Source: Candidatus Omnitrophota bacterium
GTDB taxonomy: Bacteria > Omnitrophota > Gorgyraeia > Gygaellales > Profunditerraquicolaceae
Reading direction: 5' to 3'
Assembly (NCBI GenBank): GCA_043809145.1
Contig: JAZDED010000014.1
Coordinates: forward strand, 1,695 to 65,694
DNA length: 64,000 bases
The notes below the pieces were generated by a model. That model worked only from the letters and a program-made list of their open reading frames with translations. It made no database searches and was not told where the DNA came from. The number at the start of each line of letters is the position of its first letter. Position 1 is the stretch's first letter. This document shows positions 35,703 to 44,448 of the stretch, piece after piece. The translations under genes were made by a program, and so were the position numbers.

Positions 35703-35771
35703 AATTTCCCTCCTAATTTGCCTCAAAATTATCTGCGGATAACCTTTAATTCACTTCTGCTTTGTAATCGC

Positions 35772-36632
35772 CTAAACTAAAGGAAAATATTGCCCCCTAT
35801 AAACTAATCTAGCGCCACCCTGCAGCCAGACATCTTTGAACAAAGCTTCTTCTCTCTGAAAATACACTTTTAACACTTCCCCGCTCTGGGTGTGAATATT
35901 AATCGATCCATCAGGAACCAGTGATAAACGACAAGCGGTAATCAGGGCCGAAGCCACCGAACCTGTGCCGCAAGCAAGTGTTTCATCCTCAACTCCTCTT
36001 TCATAAGTGCGTATCCTAATGGAATCTTTATTTATGATTTCAATAAAATTTACATTTGCGCCGGCAGGGGCAAACCTTTTGTTAAAGCGTATTTCGCGCC
36101 CAAGATTAAACACATCAATATCATCCAGGCCCTGTACGAATATAACCGTATGCGGAACTCCGGTATTTACAAAATTAACCTTGAGCTTGCGGTTATTTAT
36201 TTTAATAGGTATATCCAATTTTATGTCTTTGGGTTCGGTAAGTTTTATCCTTACATCAGGCTCGTTTACCTGCGCCTCAATTATGCCGGCTATCGTCTCA
36301 ATTTTTAATCTCTTCTGACCTACGACGACTGACGACTGACGGCTCATATATAACGCCGAGCAACGCGCGCCATTGCCGCACATTTCAGCTTCAGAACCAT
36401 CAGCATTGAATATCCTCATGCGGATATCTGCGCTCTTGGTTTTTCCTAAAACAAGCAGACCATCCGCGCCGACGCCTGTTTTTCTGTCACACATCTGCCT
36501 GGCTAAATGCCGGAAGCTGATAGCTGATAGCCCAAGGCTATCTTCCAGAACAACAAAATCATTACCCGAAGCTACCATCTTGGTAAAAAGAATCTGCCTA
36601 ATCCGTTTCTTAGTTTCGGCGATCATAATCAA
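35772..36632 (-). CDS. dapF: diaminopimelate epimerase
   Basis: 286 aa. SGNDFVVL, and both catalytic Cys contexts (MCGNGARC; ACGTGSVA). Confidence 0.93.
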   Translation of the reverse strand: MIMIAETKKRIRQILFTKMVASGNDFVVLEDSLGLSAISFRHLARQMCDRKTGVGADGLLVLGKTKSADIRMRIFNADGSEAEMCGNGARCSALYMSRQSSVVVGQKRLKIETIAGIIEAQVNEPDVRIKLTEPKDIKLDIPIKINNRKLKVNFVNTGVPHTVIFVQGLDDIDVFNLGREIRFNKRFAPAGANVNFIEIINKDSIRIRTYERGVEDETLACGTGSVASALITACRLSLVPDGSINIHTQSGEVLKVYFQREEALFKDVWLQGGARLVYRGQYFPLV

Positions 36633-37900
36633 AATTTAACAATTCTTTCGTTTTTAATCAAATCAACGTTGGTTTCTCTTTCCCTTATAAGAGAAACCTT
36701 AGTGCCTTTGACCATAACCTCGGCAGCCCGCTTGCGGGAATTATAATTACTAGACATGCTGAAACCATAAGCGCCGGCGCTAAACACAGCAAGAAGTTCG
36801 CCCTCCTTTAGCTTAGGCATACGCCTTGCCTTAGCCAGAAAATCCCCGCTTTCACATATCGGCCCAACTACATCAACTTTTTCCATCTTTTCTGTGCCTC
36901 TGCCTTTAGCTATGCCTATTTTTTTTAAAGGCATTATCTGATGGTGCGCTCCGTACAATGCCGGCCTTATTAAATCATTCATCCCGGCGTCGACAATCAC
37001 AAACTTCTTTAGAGGAGTATTCTTGACGTATAAAACCTTAGTTACCAAAATACAGGCATTGCCGGCAATAAACCTGCCTGGCTCCAGGATAATCTTTAAA
37101 CCTGTATTTTTTAATAGCGGTAATACCTTGCGGGCGAATTCCCGGGCTGTCTGCGGGGTCTCTTTATCGTAAATTATCCCCAAGCCGCCCCCAATATTCA
37201 AATACTCTAAATTTATCCCTCTGGCTTTTAATTTTTCAATGAAATCGATCACTTTCTTTATCGCAGCCACGAAAGGAGTGCTTTGGGTTATCTGAGAGCC
37301 GATATGTATATGCAGGCCGGAAATCCTCACATTGGAAAATCTATTGCGCACCAAAAGGATCTTATAGGCGCTGTTTAAGTCAATTCCGAATTTATTGGTA
37401 ATCTTTCCCGTAGTAATAAAGTGATGCGTATGGGCTTCCACATCGGGATTTATACGGATAGCCACCTGTGTTATTTTATTCATCTTTTTGGCGATGCGGC
37501 TGATGCTCTCTAGCTCCGGCAAAGACTCTACATTAAAGAACAAGATACCCATCTTAATCGCTTCTTCAATCTCACTAGCGGTTTTTCCTACCGAAGCATA
37601 TACTATCCTTTTCGCTGGACAACGCACTTTTTTAGCCCTGAATAATTCTCCGCCTGAGACAATATCAAGGCCAGCGCCTTTATCTACCAGCGCTTTAAGG
37701 ATGGATAGGTTGGAGTTTGCTTTTACCGAATAGCAAATCAAGGGATTTAGTTCCTTGAGCGCGTCTTTTAATTTCAAATAATGTTCTGTGAGCGTCTTAT
37801 AACTACAGACATAAAGGGGTGTGCCGAATTTCTCCGCCAGCGAATTAACACTTACGCTTTCACAATAAAGAATATTATTCCTATATTTAAAATCGTGCAT
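36629..37900 (-). CDS. lysA: diaminopimelate decarboxylase
   Basis: 423 aa. YSVKANSN (PLP Lys), GGGLGI, CESGD and the remaining LysA blocks. Confidence 0.95.
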   Translation of the reverse strand: MHDFKYRNNILYCESVSVNSLAEKFGTPLYVCSYKTLTEHYLKLKDALKELNPLICYSVKANSNLSILKALVDKGAGLDIVSGGELFRAKKVRCPAKRIVYASVGKTASEIEEAIKMGILFFNVESLPELESISRIAKKMNKITQVAIRINPDVEAHTHHFITTGKITNKFGIDLNSAYKILLVRNRFSNVRISGLHIHIGSQITQSTPFVAAIKKVIDFIEKLKARGINLEYLNIGGGLGIIYDKETPQTAREFARKVLPLLKNTGLKIILEPGRFIAGNACILVTKVLYVKNTPLKKFVIVDAGMNDLIRPALYGAHHQIMPLKKIGIAKGRGTEKMEKVDVVGPICESGDFLAKARRMPKLKEGELLAVFSAGAYGFSMSSNYNSRKRAAEVMVKGTKVSLIRERETNVDLIKNERIVKF

Positions 37901-37972
37901 TTTTATATAGACATAAACTTTATCTTCTCTTGTTATTATGTTTACGGGTTACATGGAAACGGTCTTTTTTTA

Positions 37973-38419
37973 TTACGGTACTAACCGTCCAACCGAGCTA
38001 CAATTAAGAGTCGTAGAAGTAGGGCAATCCCACAGGCCGCTGCCATCATCATGCCAATATATACAAGTACTATTGAGTGTAAGTTGCCCAGTACAGTAAG
38101 AAGTACACTGATTACTAGGACTTCTCGCTGCGGGGCATTGATAAACTAAACTTCCACTTCCCGCAGATCCCCAGCCTGTGCTAGTGCATACCTGCAGGCT
38201 CTGCGAAGTGCTATTATAATACATCGCTCCGTAATTACCTGCATTGCAGGTTGAAGGCGGAGTAGTCCTGGGGAAAAGCCGCAGTTCATTATACACTCCG
38301 TATGGAGAAGGATAAAAAGTAGCTAAGGTTATAGTCTCATCGGCAAAGGCATAAGCCGACATTAAGAACAGAGTGGTAAATAAGAATAATATTCGTCTAT
38401 TGAACATACCCCCTCCCAT
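37973..38419 (-). CDS. secreted Cys-rich hypothetical protein
   Basis: 148 aa with a signal peptide (LFLMSAYAFA|DE). The mature part has 9 Cys, is Ser/Thr/Gly-rich, and carries three N-x-S/T sequons. I recognised no family. Confidence 0.55.
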   Translation of the reverse strand: MGGGMFNRRILFLFTTLFLMSAYAFADETITLATFYPSPYGVYNELRLFPRTTPPSTCNAGNYGAMYYNSTSQSLQVCTSTGWGSAGSGSLVYQCPAARSPSNQCTSYCTGQLTLNSTCIYWHDDGSGLWDCPTSTTLNCSSVGRLVP

Positions 38420-38466
38420 TTTTTAAACTCTCGCTCTCTATAACAAAATATAACCTTACACTTTTA

Positions 38467-38607
38467 TTATTTGCTATCCCAGACCACATATCCATTTGCG
38501 ATATAGGCATGATCGCCATCCACGAGAAAATCATATAATGCCTGAATACCTTTCTTATTTTCTTTCTCGTAGTATAAATGACTATATTTATATTTAAAAT
38601 CGTGCAT
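38467..38607 (-). other. 46-codon ORF whose first codons duplicate the lysA start (probable relic)
   Basis: Hand translation gives MHDFKYKYSHLYYEKENKKGIQALYDFLVDGDHAYIANGYVVWDSK, versus LysA MHDFKYRNNILYCE. It shares the 20-nt repeat that contains the ATG. Confidence 0.3.
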
Positions 38608-38608
38608 T

Positions 38609-39931
38609 CTACCTTTTAATGGATTTCTTGGCCTTAACCGAAGCCAGAGGAGAAAACAGTTTTACTACCTGCCCCTTTACTAATTTTTGAGAAAAACTCC
38701 TTAAGAGTGAATCCGGCATGGTTTTTATCAGCATTTTATTATCCAGCGAATATCTGACCAACTTTCCCACAATAGCATGGGCATCTTCAAAAGCCACCCC
38801 TTTATCTACTAAATAATAGACCAGGTCCGTAGCATATAAGGATTCATCAGCCAAACGCTCTTCTATTCTTTCTTTATTGAATTTTACGCCCCTAAGCATG
38901 CCCGCTAGAACCTTCAATTCCGATGAGGCTATCTCTAAAGAGTTGAATAAAGGTTCCTTATCCAGCTGCATATCCCGATTATAGGTCAACGATAACCCCT
39001 TCATCATAGTCAAAACGCTGACCAGATTACCATATAACCGGCCGGCATAACCCCTGATAAGTTCCAGAATATCGGGATTCTTTTTCTGCGGCATTAAGGA
39101 ACTGCCGGTACAGAATGAATCATCGAGTTCTATAAAACCAAATTCCTGGGTTGACCATATAATAAAATCTTCAGCCAGGCGGGATAAATGCATACCCTGG
39201 ATAGACAAAGCGCTCAAGATTTCAATAACAAAATCCCGGTCGCTTACGCTGTCTAATGAATTACTCGTAGCCTCAACCTGTAAAGCTATTGCTTTAAGAT
39301 TATAGTTTCTCGCGTCAATAGGGGTCCCTGCCAAGGCTCCCGAACCTAAGGTTAATTCCAAATTGTTAAATATAAAATTAAGCCTATTCTTATCGCGTTT
39401 TAGCATCCGGGCATAGGCATTTAAATAATCCTTCAGATACACTGGTTGGGCATGCTGCAAATGGGTGTAGCCGGGTATTATCAAATCCTTATTCCGGTCA
39501 GCCAATACCTCCAGAGCATAAAGGAAATTATCCACCTCAATGGTAATCTTCTTTAATTCTGTCAGAGCGTATACCTTGGTAGAAAAAACAACCTGATCAT
39601 TGCGCGAACGCGCAGTATGCAGCTTCTTGGCTATGTTGCCAAGTTTCTTCTGCAATTCGTTCTGAATCCAGGAATGAATATCTTCGGCTGGACAATTCAT
39701 GCTAAATTTAACCGATTTCATCTTCTCGTGAATAGATTTTAATCCATTAATCAACTTAATCGCCTCTTCGTGATTCAGGTATTTAGCCTTCTCCAGTATC
39801 TGCACGTGAATTATAGAGCCTAAAATATCACACTGGCCGATCTTATAGTCGTAGTGAATAGACTTAGTAAAATCCTCAACAAGGGCATTTGTTTTCTTGC
39901 TGAACCTTCCACCCCATAGTTTTTTATTCAT
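38609..39931 (-). CDS. argH: argininosuccinate lyase
   Basis: 440 aa. LWGGRF, TARSRNDQV, and the GSSLMPQKKNPD signature. Confidence 0.96.
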   Translation of the reverse strand: MNKKLWGGRFSKKTNALVEDFTKSIHYDYKIGQCDILGSIIHVQILEKAKYLNHEEAIKLINGLKSIHEKMKSVKFSMNCPAEDIHSWIQNELQKKLGNIAKKLHTARSRNDQVVFSTKVYALTELKKITIEVDNFLYALEVLADRNKDLIIPGYTHLQHAQPVYLKDYLNAYARMLKRDKNRLNFIFNNLELTLGSGALAGTPIDARNYNLKAIALQVEATSNSLDSVSDRDFVIEILSALSIQGMHLSRLAEDFIIWSTQEFGFIELDDSFCTGSSLMPQKKNPDILELIRGYAGRLYGNLVSVLTMMKGLSLTYNRDMQLDKEPLFNSLEIASSELKVLAGMLRGVKFNKERIEERLADESLYATDLVYYLVDKGVAFEDAHAIVGKLVRYSLDNKMLIKTMPDSLLRSFSQKLVKGQVVKLFSPLASVKAKKSIKR

Positions 39932-39975
39932 TTTCTTTCTCCTGCAGTGACGGTTCTGCTCTGCACAATGCTAGC

Positions 39976-40184
39976 GCTACCTTTTATAAGGCATGGCCCT
40001 GAAATAAAACCAGCCTCTGGTGCTTTGGTTTTATTTCATCCCGAGCTCTGCGAGGGAAAAACCAGCCTCTGGTGTAAAATTAAGCAGCCTCTGGCGTATT
40101 GCTTAATTTTATACTTCGCTCTGTCGAAGTATGTGTTTATTTCATCCCGAGCTCTGCGAGGGGAAGCTACCTTTTATATGGCAT
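39976..40184 (-). repeat. composite repeat region built from degenerate copies of the argG 3' end and its downstream motif
   Basis: A 27-nt exact repeat occurs at 40030..40056 and 40136..40162. A 19-nt repeat (1 mismatch) occurs at 39976..39994 and 40166..40184; the second copy contains the argG stop. There are three CCAGAGGCTG motifs and three hairpins. Confidence 0.85.
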
Positions 40185-41348
40185 TCCCCATATTTTAATA
40201 AACCCTTCAGCCATTTTCTGGTCAAACTTATCATCTTTTCCGTAGGTACTCAGCTCTTTTCTATAAAGCGAATGGGGAGACTTACGGCCGACAGCTACAC
40301 AATTTCCTTTATAAAGTTTCAGTTTTACTGAACCTGTAACATGTTTCTGCGTGGAATTAATAAAACCATCCAGGGCCTCTTTTAACGGTGAATACCAGAG
40401 CCCGTAATAAATCAACTCCGCATACTTTAAGGCTATAATCTGTTTATAATGAGCCAGGTCCCGATCCAATACTAGGCTCTCCAATTCCTTATGCGCGGTA
40501 TGTAAAATTGTCGCTGCCGGAGCCTCGTAAACTTCACGAGACTTGATTCCCACTAAACGATTTTCTACCAGATCACTCCTGCCCACTCCATAAAGCCCAC
40601 CCAGATGATTTAACTGAATCACTAAATTCTTAATCTTAGTGGGTACTCCATCAATCTTTTTAGGCACTCCTTTTTCAAAAAATATTTCTACATATTTAGG
40701 ATAGCTTGTGTTATTAGTCTGGGCCTTGGTTATAAGATACGCATCCTCCGGGGGTTCCTGATCCAGGTCCTCTAAAATCCCGGCCTCGATACTGACACCC
40801 CAGATATTACGGTCAATACTGTAAGGTTTTTTCTTAGTCACATCAATAGGTATATTGTGTTTATGGCAATACTCTATCTCTTCTTCACGGGATTTAAATT
40901 CCCATTCGCGCACCGGAGCAATGATCTCTAAGGCCGGATCAAGTATCCCGGCAGTAACCTCGATTCTAACCTGGTCATTGCCTTTTCCGGTGCAACCATG
41001 AGCCACAGAGGCTGCTTTTTCTTTATGCGCTATTTGCACCAGGTATTTAGCAATCAATGGCCGGCCCAAGGCTGTAGCTAATAAATATTTGCCTTCGTAA
41101 ATGGCGTTAGCCTTCAATGCCGGAATGATAAAATCATTAATAAACTCATCCTGTAGATCCTTAATATAGACCTTGCTCGCACCGGCAGATAAAGCGCGGT
41201 CCTCAATAGCCTGAAGATCCTCACCCTTACCTAGCCCCTGGCCTAAATCCGCGATAAAACAAATAACCAGATAACCTTTTTCTTTCAACCATCGCACAAT
41301 ACAAGAGGTATCCAGTCCTCCGGAATATGCAAGAACTACTTTTTTCAT
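40167..41348 (-). CDS. argG: argininosuccinate synthase
   Basis: 393 aa. VVLAYSGGLDTS and GCTGKGNDQVR. Confidence 0.96.
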   Translation of the reverse strand: MKKVVLAYSGGLDTSCIVRWLKEKGYLVICFIADLGQGLGKGEDLQAIEDRALSAGASKVYIKDLQDEFINDFIIPALKANAIYEGKYLLATALGRPLIAKYLVQIAHKEKAASVAHGCTGKGNDQVRIEVTAGILDPALEIIAPVREWEFKSREEEIEYCHKHNIPIDVTKKKPYSIDRNIWGVSIEAGILEDLDQEPPEDAYLITKAQTNNTSYPKYVEIFFEKGVPKKIDGVPTKIKNLVIQLNHLGGLYGVGRSDLVENRLVGIKSREVYEAPAATILHTAHKELESLVLDRDLAHYKQIIALKYAELIYYGLWYSPLKEALDGFINSTQKHVTGSVKLKLYKGNCVAVGRKSPHSLYRKELSTYGKDDKFDQKMAEGFIKIWGMPYKR

Positions 41349-41380
41349 TTTTTTGTATCTCCTGATTATTTTTGACTGCG

Positions 41381-42295
41381 TTATTTCAATAGTTTAATTA
41401 AAATTGCCTTTTGTACATGCATCCTGTTTTCCGCCTGTTCAAAAACCACGGAATTCCGGCTCTCAATTACCTCGTGGGTTATCTCCTGCCCGCGATGCGC
41501 TGGAAGGCAATGCATGATTAAAGCGCCTTTTTTCGCTGCCTTAAGCAAATTAGAATTTATTTGAAAAGCGCGAAATGTTCTAGACCGCAGAGAGGCCTCT
41601 TTTTCCTGCCCCATGCTGGCCCACACATCCGTATATAAAACATTGGCCGCGCAAACAGCTTTTTTGGGATCATGGAATAAACATATTTTTGCTCCTGACT
41701 CCTTGGCTAAAAGCAGGCTCTCCCGGACTATATTCGAATCCGGCGCGTATTTGGAGGGAGTTGCGATATTTAAATTCAGCCCCACTTTTGCGCAAATATA
41801 CAATAAAGAATGGCAGACATTATTACCATCTCCTATATAAGCCAAAGTAATGTTCTTGAACCCGGAAAACTTCTCTCTAACAGTAAGAATATCCGCCAGG
41901 GCCTGACAAGGATGCACCAGGTCTGAAAGCCCGTTTATTACTGGAACAGAAGCATACTTAGCCATCTCCAAGACTGTTTCCTGGGCAAAGGTGCGCAGCA
42001 CTATCCCATGCACATAACGGCTTAGGGTCCGGGCCACATCCTTTACTGTTTCCCGTACCCCTAATTTTATGTGTTCCGGTCCCAAATAGATGGAATTTCC
42101 ACCCAATTCATACATACCCACCTGGAAAGAAACATAAGTCCGGTTAGAAGGCTTCTCAAAAATAAGAGCCAGGCTCTTTGCGGACAATGTCCGGCTAAAC
42201 CTGCCCGGATATTCTTTTAGTTCAGCGCTTAATTTAAGGATCTCATTTATCTCACCCAGGCTCAAATACTTTATGCAGATTAAATCTTTTTTCAC
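41381..42295 (-). CDS. argF: ornithine carbamoyltransferase
   Basis: 304 aa with a GTG start. SNRTYVSF, HPCQALAD, DGNNV and HCLPAHRGQE are OTC-type rather than ATCase-type. Confidence 0.92.
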   Translation of the reverse strand: MKKDLICIKYLSLGEINEILKLSAELKEYPGRFSRTLSAKSLALIFEKPSNRTYVSFQVGMYELGGNSIYLGPEHIKLGVRETVKDVARTLSRYVHGIVLRTFAQETVLEMAKYASVPVINGLSDLVHPCQALADILTVREKFSGFKNITLAYIGDGNNVCHSLLYICAKVGLNLNIATPSKYAPDSNIVRESLLLAKESGAKICLFHDPKKAVCAANVLYTDVWASMGQEKEASLRSRTFRAFQINSNLLKAAKKGALIMHCLPAHRGQEITHEVIESRNSVVFEQAENRMHVQKAILIKLLK

Positions 42296-42346
42296 CCTGT
42301 ACCCTCTCCTTAATTTAACATTCCAAACCCTGCACCTATTAAAATA

Positions 42347-43540
42347 CTAAGAAAGGTGCGGGGTTAACTTAAGAACCTCATCCAATATATCTATGGCATT
42401 ATCGACCTCTTTTTTGGCCACATTCAATGCCGGCATCAAACGCAACACTGTATCGTGAGTACAATTAAGCAACAAGCCTTTCTTGACGCACTCTTCAACC
42501 AGAGATTTTCCTTCGATTTTTAGTTCCACGCCCCACATTAAACCCATACCTCTGACTTCTTTAATAACCTCATATTTCTGTTTCAAGGCAATCAATTTTC
42601 CATAAAGATAATCTCCTGTCTTCTGAGCAGAAGCTAAAATCTTCTCTTTACGGATGGTTCTTAACACTGCCAAGGCAGCTCGACAAACCAAGGGGCTGCC
42701 TCCAAAAGTAGAAGCATGCGTTCCAGGTTTAAGATACTCTGAGATTTCTTTTTTTACCAGCATTGCGCCAATCGGTAAACCTCCACCCAAAGCCTTTGCC
42801 AGAGTAAATACATCGGGAGTAATCCCGTAATTTTGCCAGGCAAACATCTTTGCCGTACGTCCAATGCCGGTCTGTACTTCATCAATAATCAATAACAACT
42901 TATGCTCATCACAGAGCTGCCTCAGGTGTAGAACAAACCCTTTATTGGCGATATTAACTCCTCCCTCTCCCTGAATAAGCTCCAACATAATACCTACGGT
43001 TTTATCATTAATAGCATTTTTTACCTGTTGCAGATCGTTTAATTTCACAGTTATAAAACCTGCCGGAAGCGGGCTAAAACCATCCTGATACTTAGGCTGG
43101 CCCGTAGCCGCCAGGCTTGCCAAGGTCCGTCCGTGAAAAGAATCTTTAAAAGAAATTATTTCATACCTTTTCTGCTGGCCGAATTTACGGCTGAATTTTA
43201 TAGCCGCCTCATTGGCTTCGGTTCCGGAATTGCAAAAAAATGCCTTAAAAGGATACTTTGTCCAGTAATTGAATTCCCTGGCAAGCTTAGCCTGCGGAAT
43301 ATTATAGTAATTATTAGGTATAAAAATAAGTTTAGTTACCTGGTCTTTAACTGCCGAAACCACTTTACTAGGGCAATGCCCAAGATTACCTACTCCCCAA
43401 CCCGGAAAGAAGTCGAGGTATTTTTTTCCATGCACATCCCAGATATAGCTGCCCTTGCCTTTAACAAACACAAGAGGCTGCTTGGTATAAGTAGCCATAA
43501 CATAATCTTTATATATCCCAAAAATCTCTTCGTTTTTCAT
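42347..43540 (-). CDS. argD: acetylornithine aminotransferase
   Basis: 397 aa. GTEANEAAIK, IIDEVQTGIGRT, and PLP Lys in TLAKALGGG. Confidence 0.92.
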   Translation of the reverse strand: MKNEEIFGIYKDYVMATYTKQPLVFVKGKGSYIWDVHGKKYLDFFPGWGVGNLGHCPSKVVSAVKDQVTKLIFIPNNYYNIPQAKLAREFNYWTKYPFKAFFCNSGTEANEAAIKFSRKFGQQKRYEIISFKDSFHGRTLASLAATGQPKYQDGFSPLPAGFITVKLNDLQQVKNAINDKTVGIMLELIQGEGGVNIANKGFVLHLRQLCDEHKLLLIIDEVQTGIGRTAKMFAWQNYGITPDVFTLAKALGGGLPIGAMLVKKEISEYLKPGTHASTFGGSPLVCRAALAVLRTIRKEKILASAQKTGDYLYGKLIALKQKYEVIKEVRGMGLMWGVELKIEGKSLVEECVKKGLLLNCTHDTVLRLMPALNVAKKEVDNAIDILDEVLKLTPHLS

Positions 43541-43550
43541 TTCTTTTTTC

Positions 43551-44405
43551 CTATACTGATATCTCCGTGCCTATACCTTTATCCGTGAATATCTCCAGAA
43601 GAAGAGCGTGCGGAACACAGGCATCAATAATATGGGTCTTTTTTACTCCTTTATCCAATGCCTCGATACAGGCAGTTACTTTAGGAATCATCCCTTGTTG
43701 AATAATCTTATTTTTAACCAAACCCTGGGCATCGTCTTTATTTAATGTTGATATAAACGAATTCTGGTCATCAGGATTACGCATAATACCCTTAACATTG
43801 GTCAAAAGAACGAATTTCTCCGCCTTTAAGGCAACAGCTATACTGGAAGCCGCCTCATCGGCATTAACATTGTAACTATTCTTATCCGGGTCTCGACCCA
43901 TTGGCAGGATGACCGGGATTGAATTTTTGTGCAGCTCCTCCAGAATACTTGCCGGATTAATCTGTGTAATATGCCCGACCAGCCCTAAATCTACCTTGGC
44001 CTTTTTCTTTTCCACCTGGATAAGCGATTTATCTTTTCCGTTTAAGCCTGTAGCCTTAGCGCCCAAAGCAATCAACTCTTTAACAATAATATCATTTAGT
44101 TTCTTAAGCTCCTCCTCCACCACCACCAGGGTCTCTTCGTCAGTAACCCGCATCCCATCAACAAAATCCGTCTTCTTGCCGGTAGCGCGCATACGATCGC
44201 TGATATTCGGCCCTCCGCCGTGCGCTAAAACCGGACGCAAACCCATAAAATACAAAAAAACTATATCCTCCAACACCCCGGACCTGATTTTTTCTTCGCC
44301 AAGAATACTACCTCCGTATTTTATAACAATAACTTTGTCCTTGAAATTACGGATATAAGGAAGTGCCTCAATCAAAACATCAGCTTTTTTTATCGCATCT
44401 TTCAT
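43551..44405 (-). CDS. argB: acetylglutamate kinase
   Basis: 284 aa. VIKYGGS, HGGGP and NVNADEAA. Confidence 0.94.
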   Translation of the reverse strand: MKDAIKKADVLIEALPYIRNFKDKVIVIKYGGSILGEEKIRSGVLEDIVFLYFMGLRPVLAHGGGPNISDRMRATGKKTDFVDGMRVTDEETLVVVEEELKKLNDIIVKELIALGAKATGLNGKDKSLIQVEKKKAKVDLGLVGHITQINPASILEELHKNSIPVILPMGRDPDKNSYNVNADEAASSIAVALKAEKFVLLTNVKGIMRNPDDQNSFISTLNKDDAQGLVKNKIIQQGMIPKVTACIEALDKGVKKTHIIDACVPHALLLEIFTDKGIGTEISV

Positions 44406-44448
44406 TTTTTCCCTCTCTCCTCAACGCGCATCTTTCGCAGATGCTTCA

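Noticed and set aside
40030-40162. Possible CRISPR-like repeat. The 27-nt exact repeat reads CCCTCGCAGAGCTCGGGATGAAATAAA on the minus strand, which superficially resembles a CRISPR repeat.
   Set aside because: There are only two copies, they are 79 nt apart, and there are no cas genes. The intervening sequence is itself related to the argG 3' end, so this is a local segmental duplication and not an array.
44421-44437. Small inverted repeat GCATCT-TTCGC-AGATGC between argJ and argB.
   Set aside because: It has only a 6-bp stem and no U-tract. Such short palindromes are expected by chance, so it is not reported as a feature.
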